From NCBI RefSeq assembly GCF_036507355.1, contig NZ_AP027877.1: a stretch of DNA of 64,000 bases, one strand, 5' to 3'. Made by a program: the position numbers and the translations under genes. Of the stretch, positions 42,362-54,157 are shown piece by piece (the first letter of the stretch is position 1; each line of letters opens with the position of its first letter). Source of the stretch: Escherichia coli (GTDB taxonomy: Bacteria > Pseudomonadota > Gammaproteobacteria > Enterobacterales > Enterobacteriaceae). The notes below the pieces were generated by a model. The model worked only from the letters and a program-made list of their open reading frames with translations. It did no database searches and was not told the DNA's origin.

Positions 42362-43618
42362 ATGAGTGGACTCAAACAAGAACTGGGGCTGGCCCAGGGC
42401 ATTGGCCTGCTATCGACGTCATTATTAGGCACTGGCGTGTTTGCCGTTCCTGCGTTAGCTGCACTGGTAGCGGGCAATAACAGCCTGTGGGCGTGGCCCG
42501 TTTTGATTATCTTAGTGTTCCCGATTGCGATTGTGTTTGCGATTCTGGGTCGCCACTATCCCAGCGCAGGCGGCGTCGCGCACTTCGTCGGTATGGCGTT
42601 TGGTTCGCGGCTTGAGCGAGTCACCGGCTGGCTGTTTTTATCGGTCATTCCCGTGGGTTTGCCTGCCGCGCTACAAATTGCTGCCGGATTCGGCCAGGCA
42701 ATGTTTGGCTGGCATAGCTGGCAACTGTTGTTGGCAGAACTCGGTACGCTGGCGTTGGTGTGGTATATCGGTACTCGCGGTGCCAGTTCCAGTGCAAATC
42801 TACAAACCGTTATTGCCGGACTTATCGTCGCACTGATTGTCGCTATCTGGTGGGCGGGCGATATCAAACCTGCGAGTATCCCCTTCCCCGCGCCAGGAAA
42901 TATCGAACTTACCGGGTTATTTGCTGCGTTATCAGTGATGTTCTGGTGTTTTGTCGGTCTTGAAGCATTTGCCCATCTTGCCTCGGAATTTAAAAATCCA
43001 GAACGTGATTTTCCTCGTGCTTTGATGATTGGTCTGCTGCTGGCAGGATTAGTCTACTGGGGCTGTACGGTAGTCGTCTTACACTTCGACGCCTATGGTG
43101 AACAAATGGCCGCGGCAGCATCGCTTCCAAAAATTGTAGTGCAACTGTTCGGTGTAGGAGCGTTATGGATTGCCTGCGTAATTGGCTATCTGGCCTGCTT
43201 TGCCAGTCTCAACATTTATATACAGAGCTTCGCCCGCCTGGTCTGGTCGCAGGCGCAACATAATCCTGACCACTACCTGGCACGCCTCTCTTCTCGCCAT
43301 ATCCCGAATAATGCCCTCAATGCGGTGCTCGGCTGCTGCGTGGTGAGCACGTTGGTGATTCATGCTTTAGAGATCAATCTGGACGCTCTTATTATTTATG
43401 CCAATGGCATCTTTATTATGATTTATCTGTTATGCATGCTGGCAGGCTGTAAATTATTGCAAGGTCGTTATCGACTACTGGCGGTGGTTGGCGGGCTGTT
43501 ATGCGTTCTGTTACTGACAATGGTCGGCTGGAAAAGTCTCTATGCGCTGATTATGCTGGCGGGGTTATGGCTGTTTCTGCCAAAACGAAAAACGCCGGAA
43601 AATGGCATAACCACATAA
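42362..43618 (+). CDS. yjeH: APC-family inner-membrane amino-acid exporter YjeH
   Basis: ATG at 42362 (MSGLKQELGLAQGIGLLSTSLLGTGVF..., 418 aa). Confidence 0.87.
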   Translation: MSGLKQELGLAQGIGLLSTSLLGTGVFAVPALAALVAGNNSLWAWPVLIILVFPIAIVFAILGRHYPSAGGVAHFVGMAFGSRLERVTGWLFLSVIPVGLPAALQIAAGFGQAMFGWHSWQLLLAELGTLALVWYIGTRGASSSANLQTVIAGLIVALIVAIWWAGDIKPASIPFPAPGNIELTGLFAALSVMFWCFVGLEAFAHLASEFKNPERDFPRALMIGLLLAGLVYWGCTVVVLHFDAYGEQMAAAASLPKIVVQLFGVGALWIACVIGYLACFASLNIYIQSFARLVWSQAQHNPDHYLARLSSRHIPNNALNAVLGCCVVSTLVIHALEINLDALIIYANGIFIMIYLLCMLAGCKLLQGRYRLLAVVGGLLCVLLLTMVGWKSLYALIMLAGLWLFLPKRKTPENGITT

Positions 43619-43633
43619 TCCGGCGTTTCGACA

Positions 43634-44110
43634 TTAATCCTGGCGATCGTCTTTATGATCAAGGCGGTCGCGGTCATCATCCTTTCGCTGGTACTCACCA
43701 TCAAAAGTATTACCGCCACCGGTCCCGGCGCTAAAACCGCCGCCTGGCATGCGAGAAAAGCGCAAATGTGGCATCAACTTCACTGTCAGATGCTTTTGCA
43801 CCGGCGGCAATAAAAGCAGAAGACCGAGGAAGTCGGTGAAAAAGCCCGGTAATAAAAGCAGCAAACCGGCAATGATCAGCGAAACACTTTTAATCATCTC
43901 CGCCGCAGGGTTTTCACCCGCCGCCATTTTTTGCTGCATCAGCACGAAATTCTTAAAGCCCTGGTTACGTACCAGTGACATACCGATAACTGACGTGAAT
44001 ATAACCAGCACGAGGGTCAGCAATACCCCCAATACATGGGCAACCTGAATAAAGATTGAAATCTCAATATAGACATAAAGGAAAATGGCAATAAAAGGTA
44101 ACCAGCGCAA
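43634..44110 (-). CDS. fxsA: Inner-membrane protein FxsA
   Basis: 158-aa ORF MRWLPFIAIFLYVYIEISIFIQVAHV... with charged C-terminal tail; TTG start. Confidence 0.87.
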   Translation of the reverse strand: MRWLPFIAIFLYVYIEISIFIQVAHVLGVLLTLVLVIFTSVIGMSLVRNQGFKNFVLMQQKMAAGENPAAEMIKSVSLIIAGLLLLLPGFFTDFLGLLLLLPPVQKHLTVKLMPHLRFSRMPGGGFSAGTGGGNTFDGEYQRKDDDRDRLDHKDDRQD

Positions 44111-44446
44111 AGGTTTCTCCTGTAATAGCAGCCGGTAAAACCCGGCTACCTGAATGGGTTGCGAATCGCGTTCAGCTTATATTGTGGTCATTAGCAAAAT
44201 TTCAAGATGTTTGCGCAACTATTTTTGGTAGTAATCCCAAAGCGGTGATCTATTTCACAAATTAATAATTAAGGGGTAAAAACCGACACTTAAAGTGATC
44301 CAGATTACGGTAGAAATCCTCAAGCAGCATATGATCTCGGGTATTCGGTCGATGCAGGGGATAATCGTCGGTCGAAAAACATTCGAAACCACATATATTC
44401 TGTGTGCTTAAAGCAAATCATTGGCAGCTTGAAAAAGAAGGTTCAC

Positions 44447-45883
44447 ATGTCAAACAACATTCGTATCGAAGAAGATCTGTTGGGTACCAGGGAAGTTCCA
44501 GCTGATGCCTACTATGGTGTTCACACTCTGAGAGCGATTGAAAACTTCTATATCAGCAACAACAAAATCAGTGATATTCCTGAATTTGTTCGCGGTATGG
44601 TAATGGTTAAAAAAGCCGCAGCTATGGCAAACAAAGAGCTGCAAACCATTCCTAAAAGTGTAGCGAATGCCATCATTGCCGCATGTGATGAAGTCCTGAA
44701 CAACGGAAAATGCATGGATCAGTTCCCGGTAGACGTCTACCAGGGCGGCGCAGGTACTTCCGTAAACATGAACACCAACGAAGTGCTGGCCAATATCGGT
44801 CTGGAACTGATGGGTCACCAGAAAGGTGAATATCAGTACCTGAACCCGAACGACCATGTTAACAAATGTCAGTCCACTAACGACGCCTACCCGACCGGTT
44901 TCCGTATCGCAGTTTACTCTTCCCTGATTAAGCTGGTAGATGCGATTAACCAACTGCGTGAAGGCTTTGAACGTAAAGCTGTCGAATTCCAGGACATCCT
45001 GAAAATGGGTCGTACCCAGCTGCAGGACGCAGTACCGATGACCCTCGGTCAGGAATTCCGCGCTTTCAGCATCCTGCTGAAAGAAGAAGTGAAAAACATC
45101 CAACGTACCGCTGAACTGCTGCTGGAAGTTAACCTTGGCGCAACAGCAATCGGTACTGGTCTGAACACGCCGAAAGAGTACTCTCCGCTGGCAGTGAAAA
45201 AACTGGCTGAAGTCACTGGCTTCCCATGCGTACCGGCTGAAGACCTGATCGAAGCGACCTCAGACTGCGGCGCTTATGTTATGGTTCACGGTGCGCTGAA
45301 ACGCCTGGCTGTGAAGATGTCCAAAATCTGTAACGACCTGCGCTTGCTCTCTTCTGGTCCACGTGCCGGCCTGAACGAGATCAACCTGCCGGAACTGCAG
45401 GCGGGCTCTTCCATCATGCCAGCTAAAGTAAACCCGGTTGTTCCGGAAGTGGTTAACCAGGTATGCTTCAAAGTCATCGGTAACGACACCACTGTTACCA
45501 TGGCAGCAGAAGCAGGTCAGCTGCAGTTGAACGTTATGGAGCCGGTCATTGGCCAGGCCATGTTCGAATCCGTTCACATTCTGACCAACGCTTGCTACAA
45601 CCTGCTGGAAAAATGCATTAACGGCATCACTGCTAACAAAGAAGTGTGCGAAGGTTACGTTTACAACTCTATCGGTATCGTTACTTACCTGAACCCGTTC
45701 ATCGGTCACCACAACGGTGACATCGTGGGTAAAATCTGTGCCGAAACCGGTAAGAGTGTACGTGAAGTCGTTCTGGAACGCGGTCTGTTGACTGAAGCGG
45801 AACTTGACGATATTTTCTCCGTACAGAATCTGATGCACCCGGCTTACAAAGCAAAACGCTATACTGATGAAAGCGAACAGTAA
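44447..45883 (+). CDS. aspA: Aspartate ammonia-lyase
   Basis: ATG at 44447 ([34 protein letters not shown]..., 478 aa); [10 protein letters not shown] signature. Confidence 0.96.
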
Positions 45884-45904
45884 TCGTACAGGGTAGTACA
45901 AATA

Positions 45905-45936
45905 AAAAAGGCACGTCAGATGACGTGCCTTTTTTC
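45905..45936 (+). terminator. Intrinsic terminator downstream of aspA
   Basis: aaaaaaggcacgtca-ga-tgacgtgcctttttt: 10-bp stem with flanking A/T runs. Confidence 0.7.
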
Positions 45937-46000
45937 TTGTGAGCAGTAACTTAAAAATAACAATCTAATATCAACTTGTTAAAAAACAAGGAAGGCTAAT

Positions 46001-47302
46001 ATGCTAGTTGTAGAACTCATCATAGTTTTGCTGGCGATCTTCTTGGGCGCCAGATTGGGGGGAATAGGTATTGGTTTTGCAGGCGGATTGGGGGTGCTGG
46101 TTCTTGCCGCTATTGGCGTTAAACCCGGTAACATCCCGTTCGATGTCATTTCCATTATCATGGCGGTTATCGCCGCTATTTCTGCCATGCAGGTTGCTGG
46201 CGGTCTGGACTATCTGGTTCATCAGACAGAAAAGCTGCTGCGCCGTAACCCGAAATACATCACGATCCTCGCACCGATCGTGACCTATTTCCTGACAATC
46301 TTTGCTGGTACTGGCAACATCTCTCTGGCGACACTGCCAGTTATCGCTGAAGTTGCGAAGGAACAAGGCGTTAAACCTTGCCGTCCGCTGTCTACTGCAG
46401 TGGTATCCGCGCAGATTGCGATCACCGCATCGCCAATCTCAGCGGCAGTGGTTTACATGTCTTCCGTGATGGAAGGTCATGGCATCAGCTACCTCCATCT
46501 GCTCTCCGTGGTCATCCCGTCCACCCTGCTGGCGGTTCTGGTGATGTCCTTCCTGGTCACTATGCTGTTCAACTCCAAACTCTCTGACGATCCGATTTAT
46601 CGCAAGCGTCTGGAAGAGGGCCTGGTTGAACTGCGCGGTGAAAAGCAGATTGAAATCAAATCCGGTGCAAAAACGTCCGTCTGGCTGTTCCTGCTGGGCG
46701 TAGTTGGCGTGGTTATCTATGCAATCATCAACAGCCCAAGCATGGGTCTGGTTGAAAAACCGCTGATGAACACCACCAACGCAATCCTGATCATCATGCT
46801 CAGCGTTGCAACTCTGACCACCGTTATCTGTAAAGTCGATACCGACAACATCCTCAACTCCAGCACCTTCAAAGCAGGTATGAGCGCCTGTATTTGTATC
46901 CTGGGTGTTGCGTGGCTGGGCGATACTTTCGTTTCCAACAACATCGACTGGATCAAAGATACCGCTGGTGAAGTGATTCAGGGTCATCCGTGGCTGCTGG
47001 CCGTCATCTTCTTCTTTGCTTCTGCTCTGCTGTACTCTCAGGCTGCAACCGCAAAAGCACTGATGCCGATGGCTCTGGCACTGAACGTTTCTCCGCTGAC
47101 CGCTGTTGCTTCTTTCGCTGCGGTGTCTGGTCTGTTCATTCTGCCGACCTACCCGACGCTGGTTGCTGCGGTACAGATGGATGACACGGGTACTACCCGT
47201 ATCGGTAAATTCGTCTTCAACCATCCGTTCTTCATCCCGGGTACTCTGGGTGTTGCCCTGGCCGTTTGCTTCGGCTTCGTGCTGGGTAGCTTCATGCTGT
47301 AA
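46001..47302 (+). CDS. dcuA: Anaerobic C4-dicarboxylate transporter DcuA
   Basis: 433-aa polytopic ORF MLVVELIIVLLAIFLGARLGGIGIGFAGG... Confidence 0.95.
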   Translation: MLVVELIIVLLAIFLGARLGGIGIGFAGGLGVLVLAAIGVKPGNIPFDVISIIMAVIAAISAMQVAGGLDYLVHQTEKLLRRNPKYITILAPIVTYFLTIFAGTGNISLATLPVIAEVAKEQGVKPCRPLSTAVVSAQIAITASPISAAVVYMSSVMEGHGISYLHLLSVVIPSTLLAVLVMSFLVTMLFNSKLSDDPIYRKRLEEGLVELRGEKQIEIKSGAKTSVWLFLLGVVGVVIYAIINSPSMGLVEKPLMNTTNAILIIMLSVATLTTVICKVDTDNILNSSTFKAGMSACICILGVAWLGDTFVSNNIDWIKDTAGEVIQGHPWLLAVIFFFASALLYSQAATAKALMPMALALNVSPLTAVASFAAVSGLFILPTYPTLVAAVQMDDTGTTRIGKFVFNHPFFIPGTLGVALAVCFGFVLGSFML

Positions 47303-47417
47303 TGACCAATCGCGGGGCGTTCACGCCCCGCTTTCTTTCCCGCCGACTAACATCCTTCCCCCGTCCGTTGTATAGTGACCTCTCTCTTGCGGTTCCATCT
47401 GTTCTTGCGAGGTGTTT

Positions 47418-47756
47418 ATGCTTGATGAAAAAAGTTCGAATACCGCGTCTGTCGTGGTGCTATGTACCGCACCGGATGAAGCGACAGCCCAGGATTTAGC
47501 CGCCAAAGTGCTGGCGGAAAAACTGGCGGCCTGCGCGACCTTGATCCCCGGCGCTACCTCTCTCTATTACTGGGAAGGTAAGCTGGAGCAAGAATACGAA
47601 GTGCAGATGATTTTAAAAACTACCGTATCTCACCAGCAGGCACTGCTGGAATGCCTGAAGTCTCATCATCCATATCAAACCCCGGAACTTCTGGTTTTAC
47701 CTGTTACACACGGAGACACAGATTACCTCTCATGGCTCAACGCATCTTTACGCTGA
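47418..47756 (+). CDS. cutA: Divalent-cation tolerance protein CutA
   Basis: ATG at 47418 ([25 protein letters not shown]..., 112 aa). Confidence 0.9.
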
Positions 47757-49429
47757 TCCTGCTACTTTGCAGCACTTCCGTTTTTGCCGGATTATTCGAC
47801 GCGCCGGGACGTTCACAATTTGTCCCCGCGGATCAAGCCTTTACTTTTGATTTTCAGCAAAACCAACATGACCTTAATCTGACCTGGCAGATCAAAGACG
47901 GTTACTACCTCTACCGTAAACAGATCCGCATTACGCCGGAACACGCGAAAATTGCCGACGTGCAGCTTCCGCAAGGCGTCTGGCATGAAGATGAGTTTTA
48001 CGGCAAAAGCGAGATTTACCGCGATCGGCTGACGCTTCCCGTAACCATCAACCAGGCGAGTGCGGGAGCGACGTTAACTGTCACCTACCAGGGCTGTGCT
48101 GATGCCGGTTTCTGTTATCCGCCAGAAACCAAAACCGTTCCGTTAAGCGAAGTGGTCGCCAACAACGCAGCGTCACAGCCTGTGTCTGTTTCGCAGCAAG
48201 AGCAGCACACCGCGCAATTGCCCTTTTCCGCGCTCTGGGCGTTGTTGATCGGTATTGGTATCGCCTTTACGCCATGCGTGCTGCCAATGTACCCACTGAT
48301 TTCTGGCATCGTGCTGGGTGGTAAACAGCGGCTCTCCACTGCCAGAGCATTGTTGCTGACCTTTATTTATGTGCAGGGGATGGCACTGACTTACACGGCG
48401 CTGGGTCTGGTAGTTGCCGCCGCAGGGTTACAGTTCCAGGCGGCGCTACAGCACCCATACGTGCTCATTGGCCTCGCCATCGTCTTTACCTTGCTGGCGA
48501 TGTCAATGTTTGGCTTGTTTACTCTACAACTCCCCTCCTCGCTGCAAACGCGCCTCACGCTGATGAGCAATCGCCAACAGGGCGGCTCACCCGGCGGAGT
48601 GTTTATTATGGGGGCGATTGCCGGACTGATCTGTTCACCATGCACCACCGCACCGCTTAGCGCGATTCTGCTGTATATCGCCCAAAGCGGGAACATGTGG
48701 CTGGGCGGCGGCACGCTTTATCTCTATGCGTTGGGCATGGGCCTGCCGCTGATGCTAATTACCGTCTTTGGTAACCGCTTGCTGCCGAAAAGCGGCCCGT
48801 GGATGGAACAAGTCAAAACCGCGTTTGGTTTTGTGATCCTCGCACTGCCGGTCTTCCTGCTGGAGCGAGTGATTGGTGATATATGGGGATTACGCTTGTG
48901 GTCGGCGCTGGGTGTCGCATTCTTTGGCTGGGCCTTTATCACCAGCCTACAGACCAAACGCGGCTGGATGCGCGTGGTGCAAATAATCCTGCTGGCAGCG
49001 GCATTGGTTAGCGTGCGCCCACTTCAGGATTGGGCATTTGGTGCGACGCATACCGCGCAAACTCAGACGCATCTCAACTTTACACAAATCAAAACGGTAG
49101 ATGAGTTAAATCAGGCGCTCGTTGAAGCCAAAGGCAAACCGGTGATATTAGATCTTTATGCCGACTGGTGCGTCGCCTGTAAAGAGTTTGAGAAATACAC
49201 CTTCAGCGACCCGCAGGTGCAAAAAGCGTTAGCAGACACGGTCTTACTTCAGGCCAACGTCACGGCCAACGACGCACAAGATGTGGCGCTGTTAAAGCAT
49301 CTTAATGTCCTTGGCCTACCGACAATTCTCTTTTTTGACGGACAAGGCCAGGAGCATCCACAAGCACGCGTCACGGGCTTTATGGATGCTGAAACCTTCA
49401 GCGCACATTTGCGCGATCGCCAACCGTGA
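47732..49429 (+). CDS. dsbD: Thiol:disulfide interchange protein DsbD
   Basis: ATG at 47732 ([19 protein letters not shown]..., 565 aa); C-terminal thioredoxin CxxC ([10 protein letters not shown]); overlaps the cutA 3' end by 25 nt. Confidence 0.93.
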
Positions 49430-49465
49430 ACGACACTTGCAGTGGGAAAGACGGAGGAAAATAGC

Positions 49466-50041
49466 GTGCAACGTGAAGATGTACTGGGAGAAGCCCTGAA
49501 ATTATTAGAATTACAAGGGATTGCCAACACCACGCTGGAGATGGTTGCTGAACGTGTGGATTATCCACTGGACGAGCTGCGCCGCTTCTGGCCAGACAAA
49601 GAGGCAATACTCTACGATGCGCTGCGTTATCTTAGCCAACAGATAGATGTCTGGCGTCGTCAGCTGATGCTGGACGAAACGCAAACCGCCGAACAAAAGC
49701 TGCTGGCACGTTATCAGGCGTTATCGGAGTGCGTTAAAAACAACCGCTATCCGGGCTGTCTATTTATCGCTGCCTGTACGTTTTATCCCGATCCTGGCCA
49801 CCCTATTCATCAACTGGCCGATCAGCAAAAAAGCGCGGCCTACGATTTCACCCACGAACTGTTAACCACGCTGGAAGTTGACGATCCAGCGATGGTAGCA
49901 AAGCAGATGGAACTGGTGCTGGAAGGCTGTTTAAGCCGAATGCTGGTGAATCGTAGCCAGGCGGATGTCGACACCGCACATCGGCTGGCGGAAGATATCC
50001 TGCGCTTCGCCCGCTGCCGCCAGGGTGGTGCACTGACCTGA
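49466..50041 (+). CDS. yjdC: TetR-family HTH transcriptional regulator YjdC
   Basis: GTG at 49466 ([31 protein letters not shown]..., 191 aa); an upstream GTG at 49442 is an alternative start. Confidence 0.8.
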
Positions 50042-50137
50042 CAGAAACACAGAAAAGAAGCGATTTGCCGCAATCTTAAGCAGTTGAATCGCTTTTACTG
50101 AAATTAGGTTGACGAGATGTGCAGATTACGGTTTAAT

Positions 50138-50213
50138 GCGCCCCGTTGCCCGGATAGCTCAGTCGGTAGAGCAGGGGATTGAAAATCCCCGTGTCCTTGG
50201 TTCGATTCCGAGT
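50138..50213 (+). tRNA. pheU: tRNA-Phe (GAA)
   Basis: GCCCGGATAGCTCAGTCGGTAGAGCAGGGGATTGAAAATCCCCGTGTCCTTGGTTCGATTCCGAGTCCGGGCACCA, 76 nt with encoded CCA. Confidence 0.96.
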
Positions 50214-50222
50214 CCGGGCACC

Positions 50223-50252
50223 AAATTCATATAAACGGACCTCCACGGAGGT
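50223..50252 (+). terminator. Intrinsic terminator after pheU
   Basis: aaacggacctcc-acgg-aggtccgttttt. Confidence 0.7.
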
Positions 50253-50839
50253 CCGTTTTTCGTTTCTGGACGCCACAATTTAAGTGTTCTGCCTTCAAAT
50301 CAATTCTACCGAACTCAACCCGATTCTCCCCACATCACCAGCAATTTGCGGGCATATCCCAATTCGGGAAAATTTGTTTCTGAGCTATAGCACTGACTGA
50401 CGTGAAATGTCGTGCGGCCCCGTGATGCTGTTGAACGTCAAATGACGTCATCAGGAGCGTAACGCATCCATAAAGCACAACATCAGTCTGAACGCCGACT
50501 GATGAGATTTTCTGAATGAGAACAAAGAGAAATGTATCGGTCCACTTGCTCATGCAAAGACTAACAATCCATTAAAATAGTAAGCGCTCTGGACAATTTT
50601 CCATGGATTATTTTCTGAACATTTTTCTTTGGCAAAGATGATGAATTTTGATGATAAGGAATATTACTTCTGGTTCTCAGTAAAATCCTTTCGTAATACC
50701 ATGTAATCAAGAAGTTTATGGCTGGTAAAAATAACGTCTTGCATTCACCAATAATATGTAAATAAACCCATCTATAGATGGTAAAAATAGGTTGTGGCAA
50801 TTATCATTGCATCATTCCCTTTTCGAATGAGTTTCTATT

Positions 50840-52378
50840 ATGCAACAACCTGTAGTTCGCGTTGGCGAATGGCTTGTTACTCCGTCCATAAACCAAATTA
50901 GCCGCAATGGGCGTCAACTTACCCTTGAGCCGAGATTAATCGATCTTCTGGTTTTCTTTGCTCAACACAGTGGCGAAGTACTTAGCAGGGATGAACTTAT
51001 CGATAATGTCTGGAAGAGAAGTATTGTCACCAATCACGTTGTGACGCAGAGTATCTCAGAACTACGTAAGTCATTAAAAGATAATGATGAAGATAGTCCT
51101 GTCTATATCGCTACTGTACCAAAGCGCGGCTATAAATTAATGGTGCCGGTTATCTGGCACAGCGAAGAAGAGGGAGAGGAAATAATGCTATCTTCGCCTC
51201 CCCCTATACCAGAGGCGGTTCCTGCCACAGATTCTCCCTCCCACAGTCTTAACATTCAAAACACCGCAACGCCACCTGAACAATCCCCAGTTAAAAGCAA
51301 ACGATTCACTACCTTTTGGGTATGGTTTTTTTTCCTGTTGTCCTTAGGTATCTGTGTAGCACTGGTAGCGTTTTCAAGTCTTGATACACGTCTTCCGATG
51401 AGCAAATCGCGTATTTTGCTCAATCCACGCGATATTGACATTAATATGGTAAATAAAAGTTGTAACAGCTGGAGTTCCCCGTATCAGCTCTCTTACGCGA
51501 TAGGCGTGGGTGATTTGGTGGCGACATCACTTAACACCTTCTCCACCTTTATGGTGCATGACAAAATCAACTACAACATTGATGAACCGAGCAGTTCCGG
51601 TAAAACATTATCTATTGCGTTTGTTAATCAGCGCCAATACCGTGCTCAACAATGCTTTATGTCGATAAAATTGGTAGACAATGCAGATGGTTCAACCATG
51701 CTGGATAAACGTTATGTCATCACTAACGGTAATCAGCTGGCGATTCAAAATGATTTACTGGAGAGTTTATCAAAAGCGTTAAACCAACCGTGGCCACAAC
51801 GAATGCAGGAGACGCTCCAGCAAATTTTGCCTCATCGTGGTGCGTTATTAACTAATTTTTATCAGGCACATGATTATTTACTGCATGGCGATGATAAATC
51901 ATTGAACCGTGCCAGTGAATTATTAGGTGAGATTGTTCAATCATCTCCAGAATTTACCTACGCGAGAGCAGAAAAAGCATTAGTTGATATCGTGCGCCAT
52001 TCTCAACATCCTTTAGATGAAAAACAATTAGCAGCACTGAACACAGAAATAGATAACATTGTTACACTACCGGAATTGAATAACTTGTCCATTATATATC
52101 AAATAAAAGCGGTCAGTGCTCTGGTAAAAGGTAAAACAGATGAGTCTTACCAGGCGATAAATACTGGCATTGATCTTGAAATGTCCTGGCTAAATTATGT
52201 ATTGCTTGGCAAGGTTTATGAAATGAAGGGGATGAACCGGGAAGCGGCTGATGCATATCTCACCGCCTTTAATTTACGCCCAGGGGCAAACACCCTTTAC
52301 TGGATTGAAAATGGTATATTCCAGACTTCTGTTCCTTATGTTGTACCTTATCTCGACAAATTTCTCGCTTCAGAATAA
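50840..52378 (+). CDS. cadC: Membrane-integrated transcriptional activator CadC (ToxR-like)
   Basis: 512-aa ORF MQQPVVRVGEWLVTPSINQISRNGRQLTLEPRLIDLL... with N-terminal winged-helix, single TM segment and periplasmic sensor. Confidence 0.95.
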   Translation: MQQPVVRVGEWLVTPSINQISRNGRQLTLEPRLIDLLVFFAQHSGEVLSRDELIDNVWKRSIVTNHVVTQSISELRKSLKDNDEDSPVYIATVPKRGYKLMVPVIWHSEEEGEEIMLSSPPPIPEAVPATDSPSHSLNIQNTATPPEQSPVKSKRFTTFWVWFFFLLSLGICVALVAFSSLDTRLPMSKSRILLNPRDIDINMVNKSCNSWSSPYQLSYAIGVGDLVATSLNTFSTFMVHDKINYNIDEPSSSGKTLSIAFVNQRQYRAQQCFMSIKLVDNADGSTMLDKRYVITNGNQLAIQNDLLESLSKALNQPWPQRMQETLQQILPHRGALLTNFYQAHDYLLHGDDKSLNRASELLGEIVQSSPEFTYARAEKALVDIVRHSQHPLDEKQLAALNTEIDNIVTLPELNNLSIIYQIKAVSALVKGKTDESYQAINTGIDLEMSWLNYVLLGKVYEMKGMNREAADAYLTAFNLRPGANTLYWIENGIFQTSVPYVVPYLDKFLASE

Positions 52379-52743
52379 GTAACCCCCGGGTTGATTCATG
52401 CTCGGGAATATTTGTTGTTGAGTTTTTGTATGTTCCTGTTGGTGTAATATGTTGCGGCAATTTATTTGCCGCATAATTTTTATTACATAAATTTAACCAG
52501 AAGACGTCACGCAATCTATTGTAAACATTGAATGTTTATCTTTTCATGATATCAACTTGCGATCCTGATGTGTTAATAAAAAACCTCAAGTTCTCACTTA
52601 CAGAAACTTTTGTGTTATTTCACCTAATCTTTAGGATTAATCCTTTTTTCGTGAGTAATCTTATCGCCAGTTTGGTCTGGTCAGGAAATAGTTATACATC
52701 ATGACCCGGACTCCAAATTCAAAAATGAAATTAGGAGAAGAGC

Positions 52744-54078
52744 ATGAGTTCTGCCAAGAAGATCGGGCTATTTGCCTGTACCGGTGTTGTTGCCGGTAAT
52801 ATGATGGGGAGCGGTATTGCATTATTACCTGCGAACCTAGCAAGTATCGGTGGTATTGCTATCTGGGGTTGGATTATCTCTATTATTGGTGCAATGTCGC
52901 TGGCGTATGTATATGCCCGACTGGCAACAAAAAACCCGCAACAAGGTGGCCCAATTGCTTATGCCGGAGAAATTTCTCCTGCATTTGGTTTTCAGACAGG
53001 TGTTCTTTATTACCATGCTAACTGGATTGGTAACCTGGCGATTGGTATTACCGCTGTATCTTATCTTTCCACCTTCTTCCCAGTATTAAATGATCCTGTT
53101 CCGGCGGGTATCGCCTGTATTGCTATCGTCTGGGTATTTACCTTTGTAAATATGCTCGGCGGTACCTGGGTAAGCCGTTTAACCACTATTGGTCTGGTGC
53201 TGGTTCTTATTCCTGTGGTGATGACTGCTATTGTTGGCTGGCATTGGTTTGATGCGGCAACTTATGCAGCTAACTGGAATACTGCGGATACCACTGATGG
53301 TCATGCGATCATTAAAAGTATTCTGCTCTGCCTGTGGGCCTTCGTGGGTGTTGAATCCGCAGCTGTAAGTACTGGTATGGTTAAAAACCCGAAACGTACC
53401 GTTCCGCTGGCAACCATGCTGGGTACTGGTTTAGCAGGTATTGTTTACATCGCTGCGACTCAGGTGCTTTCCGGTATGTATCCGTCTTCTGTAATGGCGG
53501 CCTCCGGTGCTCCGTTTGCAATCAGTGCTTCAACTATCCTCGGTAACTGGGCTGCGCCGCTGGTTTCTGCATTCACCGCCTTTGCGTGCCTGACTTCTCT
53601 GGGCTCCTGGATGATGTTGGTAGGCCAGGCAGGTGTACGTGCCGCTAACGACGGTAACTTCCCGAAAGTTTATGGTGAAGTCGACAGCAACGGTATTCCG
53701 AAAAAAGGTCTGCTGCTGGCTGCAGTGAAAATGACTGCCCTGATGATCCTCATCACTCTGATGAACTCTGCCGGTGGTAAAGCATCTGACCTGTTCGGTG
53801 AACTGACCGGTATCGCAGTACTGCTGACTATGCTGCCGTACTTCTACTCTTGCGTTGACCTGATTCGTTTTGAAGGCGTTAACATCCGCAACTTTGTCAG
53901 CCTGATCTGCTCTGTACTGGGTTGCGTGTTCTGCTTCATCGCGCTGATGGGCGCAAGCTCCTTCGAGCTGGCAGGTACCTTCATCGTCAGCCTGATTATC
54001 CTGATGTTCTACGCTCGCAAAATGCACGAGCGCCAGAGCCACTCAATGGATAACCACACCGCGTCTAACGCACATTAA
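52744..54078 (+). CDS. cadB: Lysine/cadaverine antiporter CadB
   Basis: 444-aa polytopic ORF MSSAKKIGLFACTGVVAGNMMGSGIALLPANLA... Confidence 0.95.
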   Translation: MSSAKKIGLFACTGVVAGNMMGSGIALLPANLASIGGIAIWGWIISIIGAMSLAYVYARLATKNPQQGGPIAYAGEISPAFGFQTGVLYYHANWIGNLAIGITAVSYLSTFFPVLNDPVPAGIACIAIVWVFTFVNMLGGTWVSRLTTIGLVLVLIPVVMTAIVGWHWFDAATYAANWNTADTTDGHAIIKSILLCLWAFVGVESAAVSTGMVKNPKRTVPLATMLGTGLAGIVYIAATQVLSGMYPSSVMAASGAPFAISASTILGNWAAPLVSAFTAFACLTSLGSWMMLVGQAGVRAANDGNFPKVYGEVDSNGIPKKGLLLAAVKMTALMILITLMNSAGGKASDLFGELTGIAVLLTMLPYFYSCVDLIRFEGVNIRNFVSLICSVLGCVFCFIALMGASSFELAGTFIVSLIILMFYARKMHERQSHSMDNHTASNAH

Positions 54079-54157
54079 TTAAAAGTATTTTCCGAGGCTC
54101 CTCCTTTCATTTTGTCCCATGTGTTGGGAGGGGCCTTTTTTACCTGGAGATATGACT

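Noticed and set aside
46439-47224. 261-aa minus-strand ORF antisense to dcuA
   Set aside because: Shadow ORF inside a polytopic transporter gene; no independent support.
50335-50800. Two minus-strand ORFs (72 and 79 aa) in the pheU-cadC spacer; considered as island or integrase remnants
   Set aside because: AT-rich, no ribosome-binding sites, and the translations have no recognisable motif. More plausibly this is the cadC regulatory region. The remnant question is kept open as a low-priority finding.
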